In this document: one piece after another, positions 17,560 through 25,606 of the stretch
Layout of the letters: each line of letters opens with the position of its first letter
How positions within the stretch are numbered: position 1 is the first letter of the stretch
Origin: a phage
Direction: 5' to 3' (one strand)
Sequence record: PQ724393.1
DNA: 64,000 nucleotides
Made by a program: the position numbers and the translations under genes
Notes under the pieces: generated by a model
Told to the model about the DNA's origin: nothing
Databases searched by the model: none
Seen by the model: the letters and a program-made list of their open reading frames with translations, nothing else

Positions 17560-18997
17560 AAAATTTGATAGATGCTGCTAAATCGTCTAAATCGCTTCTA
17601 TTAACACGCGACTGGCGATTGACCTCGGCTTGACGATTCATCTCACCTGTAGCCTCACGAACGGTGTTCACTGGGCCTGGGTTAGAATCATCTTCAACTT
17701 CGTACCAACGTTGATTTCCTTTCTTAACACCAATCTTAAATTTGTTGTAGTAGCTCTTATCGCCATAACGAGATTTAAGCTGCTTAACCATCTGCATACC
17801 CATCTGAGCAAACTCTTCTGTCTCGACCACGCCTAACATGAAGTCTGCAGTATGTGCAATACCAAAGGATTCAGCGATATCAGCCATATCGATTTCGGCT
17901 GCAACGTTCGCGCCACGAGTAGTCTGGGCCGCGGTCCACAGCAATAATTTCTTCTCTACTGCAAGGCCACGTAGTTCTTCGGCAACCATCTTAATCAATC
18001 CGTAACTGTTTTCAGAGAAAACTTTCGTACGAGACGATGCACAGATAGCCAAGTAGTCAACGATAACAACCTGAGGGACAAAGTTTTGTTTGAGCTTGTA
18101 TTCGTTTAATAATGCACGGAAGGTATCAGCATTAGCACCACCAGTAGGATACTGTTTAATCTTTAAACGACCTAAAGTAGCAGTTGAACGCCATTTATCC
18201 ATCTTAGCTTTATATTCGGGCCACGAGACATGACCATCATCGATATCATCCAGTGATACGTCCAGAAGGTTGGCATCAATACGCTTAGCACATACTTCCT
18301 CTGCCATCTCCATGGAGATATAAAGAACATCGTAACCGGATTGAAGGTAATCAGCAGCCAATGAACAAAGACCAAGAGACTTACCTACGTTTGTTCCTGC
18401 CAACAATACGTTTTCAGTACCAAACTCGGCACCGCCCTTGGTAATCTTATTCAGAATATTAAGTCGGAATGGAACTTTACGTGCTTTATCGGAATAACTT
18501 TTGAATCGTTCTTCATAGTCATCCATCCAGTCATGACCTAATTCAGAATCGAAACAAATCGATAATGCATCACGCATGATATCTGGAATAGCACCGATAC
18601 CTGGAAGTTTTCTATTTTGTTGCTCAACCGGAAGGTCGGCATTAGTTTGGATTTCAATGATTTTTGAAGTTGCATTATACATCGCTGCTTTCTGAACGTA
18701 TTTCTCCGTCTCTTTAACCAACCATTCTTGGTCTTCAGGTCCGGCATTCAGCGAACTTAAAAGCTCTTTAGCGCCTTGGTGTTCAACTTCCGAAAGCGTA
18801 CTGTTATCTAATGCAATGCTCAGCGCGTTCTTAGAAGGCACTGCATTATATTCATTGACATGTTTTTTAATTTCTTTGAAAAGGGTCTTTGCAGGACCCT
18901 GGTCAAAATAAGAATCATTCATATAAGGCCAGACCTTAGTGAAATAATCACTATTGCCTAGCAGTTGAGCCAAAATAGTTTCTACCACTTCCACCAC
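17558..18997 (-). CDS. 41: replicative DNA helicase gp41 (DnaB-like)
   Basis: 479 aa; N-terminus and Walker motifs match recalled T4 gp41. Confidence 0.93.
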   Translation of the reverse strand: MVEVVETILAQLLGNSDYFTKVWPYMNDSYFDQGPAKTLFKEIKKHVNEYNAVPSKNALSIALDNSTLSEVEHQGAKELLSSLNAGPEDQEWLVKETEKYVQKAAMYNATSKIIEIQTNADLPVEQQNRKLPGIGAIPDIMRDALSICFDSELGHDWMDDYEERFKSYSDKARKVPFRLNILNKITKGGAEFGTENVLLAGTNVGKSLGLCSLAADYLQSGYDVLYISMEMAEEVCAKRIDANLLDVSLDDIDDGHVSWPEYKAKMDKWRSTATLGRLKIKQYPTGGANADTFRALLNEYKLKQNFVPQVVIVDYLAICASSRTKVFSENSYGLIKMVAEELRGLAVEKKLLLWTAAQTTRGANVAAEIDMADIAESFGIAHTADFMLGVVETEEFAQMGMQMVKQLKSRYGDKSYYNKFKIGVKKGNQRWYEVEDDSNPGPVNTVREATGEMNRQAEVNRQSRVNRSDLDDLAASIKF

Positions 18998-19311
18998 CTC
19001 TTAGATTTAATTTTATCCAGTTCTTCTTGTATTTGCATTGTAACACATTTTTCTACATGAAGCGCTAGCTCTTCTTTTCGGTCTTCGGAAGGTGTTCCGA
19101 AATCAACCGACACTTTTCCATCTTTCTCAATAACAATATTCATCACATAAACGATGTGAGCAGTGCCATCGGGTAAAGTAAGCATAATTTCCTGCTTAAC
19201 CGAACCCATTGACTTACGGATTATATCTAATGATTTCTCATAATAACGAGGGTCACTAGGACCCTCTTCGGTATCTTTAACAAAATTATCTAAATCAGAT
19301 AAATCAGTCAT
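18982..19311 (-). CDS. 40: gp40-like protein (head vertex assembly chaperone position)
   Basis: 109 aa between uvsX and 41 as in T4. Confidence 0.6.
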   Translation of the reverse strand: MTDLSDLDNFVKDTEEGPSDPRYYEKSLDIIRKSMGSVKQEIMLTLPDGTAHIVYVMNIVIEKDGKVSVDFGTPSEDRKEELALHVEKCVTMQIQEELDKIKSKRWWKW

Positions 19312-20485
19312 GGTCGCTCACAAAATTCATATTTTCTAAATCGTTTTCTATATCAGCGGCGCTTTGGGTATTTCCACCTAATTTAACAGCAACGTTCTTA
19401 GAGACACGAGAGTTAATAAGGTCGTTCACCGCATCGTCAACTTCTTTAATAGAATTAATTGCACCGAGCTTATACTTATTCTCGATTGCTTCACGGAACG
19501 GAGCATGTTTAAACAGCGGTCCCCAGAACTCGACACAATCGGTAGCTTTAGCACGCCATGATTTTTCTTCTTGAACCATTTCACCTGTGGTTTCGTCAAG
19601 GAATGCACGATTATACCAACCAGCTTTAGGTTTCACAACAAAGCCAATATCAGTAGCCATTTCAAGCAATCCACTGAATGGGTCGATACCACCTTCAAAG
19701 TTCACAGTAATTGGGAACGTTGATTTCTCTTTAACAGTACGAGATTTTTCGGCCTTCAGGGTGAAGTCATAACCAGTGAGCTCGGTGCCATCTTTAACCT
19801 GACGTTTAGAGATAAAGAATACGGTAGAAGCAGAGTACAGAATACCGGTACCGCCACCCATAATCTCTTTAGGATACATTCCACCAATTTCCATAGCCGT
19901 ATGGTTAATTGCTACACAAGGGATATCCTTGATGGTCAGATAAGGTGTTACGATACGGAACAGAGATTTCAGTGACTTAGCACGGGTCATATCACCTACA
20001 ACTTTCTCGTTCAAAGCATCTTCGGTTTCTTTCTTAGAAGCGGTGTTACCGATGGAGTCGATAAAGATAATAACCTTTTCACCACGAGTAATTTCTTCTA
20101 ATTGGTTGGTCATGTCAACCTTCAGTTGTTCAACTGACTGGATTGGCGTATGAACCACACGTTCCAGGTCAACACCCATTGAACGGAAATAAGATTCTGA
20201 AGCACCGAACTCAGAGTCATAGAACAAGCAAATTGCGTCTGGATATTTCTTCATATATGCCGCAACCATAGTTAATCCAAACAACGTTTTAAAGTGTTTA
20301 GACGGCGCAGCAAAGATTGTCAAACCTGATTGTAAGCCTGCATTCAACGCACCACCCAATGCAATATTAAGCATAGGAATACGAGTAGGAACTTCGTCAC
20401 GACCATTAAACAATTTAGATTTGGTCAGGTCGGCAGTCATTTTAGAAGTAGAAGCTTTAATCAAACGGGATTTTAAATCAGACAT
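19304..20485 (-). CDS. uvsX: UvsX RecA-like recombinase
   Basis: 393 aa; MSDLKSRLIKASTSK N-terminus and RecA core match recalled T4 UvsX. Confidence 0.93.
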   Translation of the reverse strand: MSDLKSRLIKASTSKMTADLTKSKLFNGRDEVPTRIPMLNIALGGALNAGLQSGLTIFAAPSKHFKTLFGLTMVAAYMKKYPDAICLFYDSEFGASESYFRSMGVDLERVVHTPIQSVEQLKVDMTNQLEEITRGEKVIIFIDSIGNTASKKETEDALNEKVVGDMTRAKSLKSLFRIVTPYLTIKDIPCVAINHTAMEIGGMYPKEIMGGGTGILYSASTVFFISKRQVKDGTELTGYDFTLKAEKSRTVKEKSTFPITVNFEGGIDPFSGLLEMATDIGFVVKPKAGWYNRAFLDETTGEMVQEEKSWRAKATDCVEFWGPLFKHAPFREAIENKYKLGAINSIKEVDDAVNDLINSRVSKNVAVKLGGNTQSAADIENDLENMNFVSDHD

Positions 20486-20537
20486 TATATTTTTCCATAG
20501 GCATCATTATATTTTACTCACGTTTTAAGATAGGGTA

Positions 20538-20546
20538 ATTATATCA
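20538..20546 (-). promoter_or_regulatory. putative extended -10 promoter upstream of uvsX
   Basis: Coding strand TGATATAAT about 50 nt upstream of uvsX ATG; no clear -35. Confidence 0.3.
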
Positions 20547-20562
20547 CTTCACATTTACAGCG

Positions 20563-21456
20563 TTAAAGGACCACGTCCTCATAACTTGGCATTTCGTGCC
20601 CAGAATGGATATGGGCACCGAAATAAATGAATTCAGCCAGACCAGGATGGAATACTAAACCTGGGTTCTCATGATAAATGATATGCGGTCTTGATTTCAG
20701 AATCTGATAATACTCAACCTTACTCGGTTTGAATTTAACAATCTCTACATCAGGACGATAGTCTTCACGCTTAAATGAATCATTAGGGTTGGTGATATAA
20801 AGACGAGCACCTTCAGCCGCAGCTTGGTCTACAACTCTTTCGAATTGATAGCACTTATCCGAAATACGGAATGGATGGAAAATACCATCAATTTTAATAG
20901 GCGCTAGACCTTCAGAGTAACGCTCAATTACTGCAGGATTAATTACCTTTTGGTCTACAAAAATCTTATCAGAGGATGCACCTCGTGACACCAGGACGTC
21001 TTTCTGGCATTGATTCAGGACTGTAGTATAAAGTGAACGTTCAACTGAAGCCACATCAATATCAATGAACTCGTCGATATAATAACGAGGAACTTCAGGG
21101 TCCATTGTGATATTAAAGTTGAATTGTACAGTATGAGCACCATCATAACCTGTGATATCGGTTACCAGTCCTGAGCAATCATAGTATTCGATTAGTGAAT
21201 CGACTACAAACTCATTTTCAGACCAGAAATGTTTACGGGTTTCATAAGCATTTTCTTTATACCAAAGTGGTACGAAATTCAGTTCTGGGAATAATTCAAT
21301 GCATTCTTTGATATCGCTCGAATTTCTAGGATAAGCCAGATAATCACCTGGACGAGCACGATTTAAATGGAGTTGAAAATTGCCGTCCTTAAGGACGGCA
21401 TATTCACCTGTTTCGTAACTACGCATACTGAAAATAGGAACGATAAACAAACTCAT
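20563..21456 (-). CDS. hypothetical protein (297 aa) in beta-glucosyltransferase slot
   Basis: No similarity to recalled T4 beta-gt; ATGA-coupled to gene 42 stop. Confidence 0.6.
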   Translation of the reverse strand: MSLFIVPIFSMRSYETGEYAVLKDGNFQLHLNRARPGDYLAYPRNSSDIKECIELFPELNFVPLWYKENAYETRKHFWSENEFVVDSLIEYYDCSGLVTDITGYDGAHTVQFNFNITMDPEVPRYYIDEFIDIDVASVERSLYTTVLNQCQKDVLVSRGASSDKIFVDQKVINPAVIERYSEGLAPIKIDGIFHPFRISDKCYQFERVVDQAAAEGARLYITNPNDSFKREDYRPDVEIVKFKPSKVEYYQILKSRPHIIYHENPGLVFHPGLAEFIYFGAHIHSGHEMPSYEDVVL

Positions 21457-22151
21457 TTCAGGAAACCTCGGACGTAGTCAAAATCACGTTCAAACACGTG
21501 TGCACTTACCATGGTGTGGGAATACGTACCTAAACCAACACCACACTGTTCAGCAATAAATGCCATCAGTTTACCCTGCAGATAGAAATCCAGCTGCATA
21601 ACAACAGCGCAGTTTTGTGAACGCATATGGGTGTGTGCATACAAACGCCCGTCACGAATATAATACGTTACCGAATCGGTGCAAGGGTATTCTAAGGATT
21701 CGTCAGAATCAAGGAGGGCTTGGTCTTGTTCTTGGAGAATCTGGAACACAACTCTTCGCGAGTTGGCCTTTTCTTTAAGCTCTTTAAGTAGGGCTGGGAG
21801 TTGGGCCGCAATTCGAGGTCCATAGAAAGTGTTGAAGTTTGCAGGCAATACGTCACTTTTCGGCTTATCAATGAACTTAGCAACATTAGGGTATTCCTTA
21901 AATGCTTCGGCAGCGTCAGTACCACCAGAAATCATAAATTTCCAAAAGGATTCGGCATATTCATAACTGATACGATTGATACGTGGGTCGGTGAATTTAT
22001 AGGTGCTGACATCCAGTACTTCTATAGAAGCAGAACCAATTTCATAACAACGTCCGATACGAGAATCAACTGCAAACTGTGGAGCTTCCAGGATTTCTTC
22101 GTTCATTTGTTTAAATGCATTTTCAAAACTAACAGCGGTAATGTGTTTCAT
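21453..22151 (-). CDS. 42: dCMP hydroxymethylase-like enzyme (thymidylate synthase fold), gp42 position
   Basis: 232 aa; EYPCTDSVTYYIRD...HMRSQN resembles T4 gp42 FMCTNTVQYLIRD...MRSND; divergent. Confidence 0.7.
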   Translation of the reverse strand: MKHITAVSFENAFKQMNEEILEAPQFAVDSRIGRCYEIGSASIEVLDVSTYKFTDPRINRISYEYAESFWKFMISGGTDAAEAFKEYPNVAKFIDKPKSDVLPANFNTFYGPRIAAQLPALLKELKEKANSRRVVFQILQEQDQALLDSDESLEYPCTDSVTYYIRDGRLYAHTHMRSQNCAVVMQLDFYLQGKLMAFIAEQCGVGLGTYSHTMVSAHVFERDFDYVRGFLK

Positions 22152-22684
22152 TTATTCACCTTATTTTCAATATATTCGTTCAGACGTTTTAATTCTACCA
22201 TATCAACATTAAGCAAATTATTATGGCCGTCATGATTTAAGATTTTAAACACGTTTTCAAAACATGTTTCGTATTGCTGGATAGTTAGGTTGAACTCATC
22301 TTTGGTTAATTTAATAAGGTCATCTTCGAAGTCTTCGTCTAATGGGTTGCGAGTTAAAATAACTTCGATAACGTTAAATTCAGATTTAAACCCTTTCCAA
22401 TCTTCCAGTTCTACATAAGGGTCCATTTCACCACGAAGGAATCCCGAGTAAACAATATTACTAGGATACCCACGGTCTAAGATGTAGACAAAATTAGGGT
22501 CTAAAAACTTATACAGAGTTTCAACTAAAGCCTTGTCATTATCAGTCCCTAATGAAATGCATTTGCCATTAATCTTTTTAGGGAAATCAATAAGACGATA
22601 TTTCTTATCAGATAAAAGTGATTCAATTAAAGTAGACTTCCCGGAATTATCCGGGCCGTCGATAACAATGATTTTTGGTTTCAC
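22148..22684 (-). CDS. P-loop kinase (thymidylate/dNMP-kinase-like)
   Basis: 178 aa; Walker A IIVIDGPDNSGKST, DRGY motif; GTG start overlapping upstream stop. Confidence 0.6.
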   Translation of the reverse strand: MKPKIIVIDGPDNSGKSTLIESLLSDKKYRLIDFPKKINGKCISLGTDNDKALVETLYKFLDPNFVYILDRGYPSNIVYSGFLRGEMDPYVELEDWKGFKSEFNVIEVILTRNPLDEDFEDDLIKLTKDEFNLTIQQYETCFENVFKILNHDGHNNLLNVDMVELKRLNEYIENKVNK

Positions 22685-23064
22685 GGATGATATGCCTTAT
22701 AACTATCAAGAGTTCCTTCACGAACCAATTCTTTAAAGTGGTCTGGACGGATTGCTCGGTCATCGATGATAAAAGTATAACTCGGCTTGTGTGTAAGCAA
22801 ATTGTGATATTTCAATCCAATTTTTTCAAGGTTCTTAACCAATGCAGGAACTACTTCAACCAAGATTCGACCTGGGCCACATGAAGTCATGCCACGGGCA
22901 GTGAATAATGTAATCTCGTACCCTTCATCATAAAGCTTATTAATCATGGACACCATTTCGGTGTCCGGTTTAAAGTTCTCATAATCACGGTCATGGTTCC
23001 AAATCGTGATTGTGTTATCGATATCAAAACATAAATGTGGCTTATTTTCTACTCGATGCGACAT
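22681..23064 (-). CDS. HAD-superfamily phosphatase
   Basis: 127 aa; motif I CFDIDNTIT (DxDxT); start reset to ATG 23064 (TAATG overlap). Confidence 0.6.
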   Translation of the reverse strand: MSHRVENKPHLCFDIDNTITIWNHDRDYENFKPDTEMVSMINKLYDEGYEITLFTARGMTSCGPGRILVEVVPALVKNLEKIGLKYHNLLTHKPSYTFIIDDRAIRPDHFKELVREGTLDSYKAYHP

Positions 23065-24737
23065 TAAATTTTCTTCCATTGTTTGTGGAGTTCAGTAGAA
23101 CCTGTAGGTTTATATTTTACACCAGTTTCCTGGTCAAGCAAAACCCACTTATCAGGACAACGAGTAATAATTTGAGCCGTGATAGGGTCACGAACTTCAT
23201 CGACAAATTCACCAGTAATAAGCTTACGCTTACGAGGATGCCGCTTCAGCAGCACACTCAGTTGGTACAAACCGTTATAATAAGCACCCAGAGCTTTCAG
23301 AGGGTTATTCTTAAAGTAACCTGCCAGAGCCATCCAAATAACAGCAATCCAGAGCTTGTGCTTAAATGTGCACATAGGAATATCGTCTAAAGGCATAACC
23401 TTTTCAATATCAACGAATACACGAGTTCCATTACGAGTTAATCCACCCCATAGAGGGTCTGAGTTAAATTTGTCATAGCCATCGATAGAATAAAGCACCT
23501 TAGCTTCATCATAAATCGCAGGGCCTTTAGAACTATTACCGAAATAACCACGTGGGTCGATGATTTTAATATCACCTTCGTCCGACAGCATAATATTACT
23601 GTAGTGCGGGTCGCCATGAATAAGTTGGTACGGCTCTTTATGTTCAGACAGAATTTCTAGTGCGTGGCGGAGAAGTTTTTCAGGGTCGCCTACTTTGAAA
23701 TCGTTAACATGGGTAATGCCTTGTGGAGCAAAGCCTTCAATCAATCCAGCAATAGAAGCATTACGAATAAGGACCTTGTCCAATACTTCTTTCTTAACAT
23801 CAGAATACCATTGCTCATCGGACGGATTATCGATAGTTCCACCAAATGAACGTAATGCACTAATGACCTTATAAACCATGAGGACTTTAGTTTCTTTAGA
23901 CATAAACCGGTAGGCATCTGCCATGGTGCGACCAAAGATACGTTCCATTTTAATGAATTCGCCTGGAGCAAAGTCTACAATGCTCGGAACAAATTCAGAA
24001 TCAATAGAATTATACCAATTGATTTCTTTAGATTGGATTTCTTTACCTAATTCGTTGGTAGGTACTTTAATAGCCAGATTCTCAGTGAACTCTAATTTAT
24101 TAAATTCACGGTTAATTTCAGAATCTTCATGGGCCCTAGCCAGTTTCAATTTGTCACCGACATCAACCACAAAGTCCAGCTTACGTTCAGTCAAATGGAC
24201 CATCGAATCCAGGTTGTCTGCAAGGTCTTCGCCATAATTAGAACGGTCGAAACCTGTCCAATTAGCCACCTGATACAAACCAACCACACCACCGCCAGTA
24301 CCAATTTCACGCAAGTACGGTTCTTCAAATGTAAAACGACAGTCGGTCCCATAGGTATAACAGTAGTCGTTATCCCACTCAACTTTATGACCTTCAGGAA
24401 TAATATCACACCAGTTAAACAAGACATTATGCCCGATGATATCTTCGGCAATGCAATCGATAGCATGAGCTGAACCGTTGGCCACATCTACGTTACGAAT
24501 AGTGAATTTAGGCTTATCACTGGTAATCATGTTAATGGATTTAATGTAACCCTTAACGAGGTCATTAAATTTGCTGTGAATAACCAGAATAATTTCATCT
24601 GATTGGTTACTATACAAATCATACAAATGTTTTAGTACTGTATGCTGTTTGTAGTTAACCAATACCTTCGGGATTTCGTTAGTAATTGGATACAACCGTG
24701 AGCCAAGACCCGCGCCTAAAATAACAACCTTTTTCAT
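23064..24737 (-). CDS. bifunctional sugar-1-phosphate nucleotidyltransferase / kinase
   Basis: 557 aa; N-terminus VVILGAGLGSRLYPIT (GxGxRL of RmlA/GlmU-type); C-terminus LIHGDPHYSNIMLSDEGDIKIIDPRGYF (HGD..N...D APH/choline-kinase-like); SD GAGGAA before ATG 24737. Confidence 0.7.
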   Translation of the reverse strand: MKKVVILGAGLGSRLYPITNEIPKVLVNYKQHTVLKHLYDLYSNQSDEIILVIHSKFNDLVKGYIKSINMITSDKPKFTIRNVDVANGSAHAIDCIAEDIIGHNVLFNWCDIIPEGHKVEWDNDYCYTYGTDCRFTFEEPYLREIGTGGGVVGLYQVANWTGFDRSNYGEDLADNLDSMVHLTERKLDFVVDVGDKLKLARAHEDSEINREFNKLEFTENLAIKVPTNELGKEIQSKEINWYNSIDSEFVPSIVDFAPGEFIKMERIFGRTMADAYRFMSKETKVLMVYKVISALRSFGGTIDNPSDEQWYSDVKKEVLDKVLIRNASIAGLIEGFAPQGITHVNDFKVGDPEKLLRHALEILSEHKEPYQLIHGDPHYSNIMLSDEGDIKIIDPRGYFGNSSKGPAIYDEAKVLYSIDGYDKFNSDPLWGGLTRNGTRVFVDIEKVMPLDDIPMCTFKHKLWIAVIWMALAGYFKNNPLKALGAYYNGLYQLSVLLKRHPRKRKLITGEFVDEVRDPITAQIITRCPDKWVLLDQETGVKYKPTGSTELHKQWKKI

Positions 24738-24797
24738 TATCTGTTCCTCAAGTGAATGTAGGTACATTATACACTATTTTTAATAAATTGGTATTGC

Positions 24798-25298
24798 TTA
24801 AATCTTATCTTTACCGATTTCAATACACCGTTCTATTGCCGCCGGTACTTTGGTCTTGAGCTTATTGATTTGTTTCTTATAATCACGGGCTTTATCGAAG
24901 CTCTCGGTTTCGAGCATTTCGTAATAACGAGCCTCGTGGATGGAAATCTGTAGATTGATATGGTTTACGCACATCGCATACAGTTTCTGCTTTTTGTACA
25001 AATCATCTTGACGCTTCATTTCTGCCTGGTGTTTGGCTAGTACCGCTTCACGCTTAGACTCTTGTTCACGTTGGAATTCGATTTCCCTTTGAGCATATTT
25101 TGCACAGTTATTACCGCATTGATTATTAGCTCGGGTATACACAAGCCCAGAACCAGCACGGAATTTCATTTCACCGTCATATTGTTTCTGTTCAGCTGCG
25201 ATACGAGCTTTACCAACTTCATCAGCCGAAACTGCATCGCCATATTGGACCGCGCAACCTGATAGGAGCATACTCATTGCGATAATTAACTTTTTCAT
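24798..25298 (-). CDS. putative lipoprotein (166 aa)
   Basis: Signal peptide with lipobox LLSGC; SD AAGGGAA. Confidence 0.6.
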   Translation of the reverse strand: MKKLIIAMSMLLSGCAVQYGDAVSADEVGKARIAAEQKQYDGEMKFRAGSGLVYTRANNQCGNNCAKYAQREIEFQREQESKREAVLAKHQAEMKRQDDLYKKQKLYAMCVNHINLQISIHEARYYEMLETESFDKARDYKKQINKLKTKVPAAIERCIEIGKDKI

Positions 25299-25307
25299 GG
25301 AATTCCC

Positions 25308-25544
25308 TTACTGTTTAACAATAATGATTTGTGCATTTGATTTACGTTCAGCGACGATGGCCCAGATTAAAGCCACTACCCAACCAATCATCGTCCAACC
25401 CAACAGGAGGTTTAGGAAGAAAATTCCGACATTACTACGAGTGCCTCGCAGAAGAGCCAGAATCCATGGTAAAAAGTAACCGATGAACATAATAACCAGA
25501 GAACCGAATCCTAAAACACCAGCACTAACGATTAAAGCTTCCAT
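25308..25544 (-). CDS. two-TM membrane protein, Imm-like (superinfection immunity position)
   Basis: 78 aa, two hydrophobic helices; immediately before gene 43 as T4 imm; promoter and SD GAGGAAA. Confidence 0.55.
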   Translation of the reverse strand: MEALIVSAGVLGFGSLVIMFIGYFLPWILALLRGTRSNVGIFFLNLLLGWTMIGWVVALIWAIVAERKSNAQIIIVKQ

Positions 25545-25574
25545 TGTAATTTCCTCATGTAGTTGATAGGAAGG

Positions 25575-25604
25575 ATACTACCACGTTCCTTGTGGTATGT
25601 AAAC
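25575..25604 (-). promoter_or_regulatory. early promoter upstream of imm-like gene
   Basis: GTTTAC-18-TAGTAT. Confidence 0.5.
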
Positions 25605-25606
25605 AC

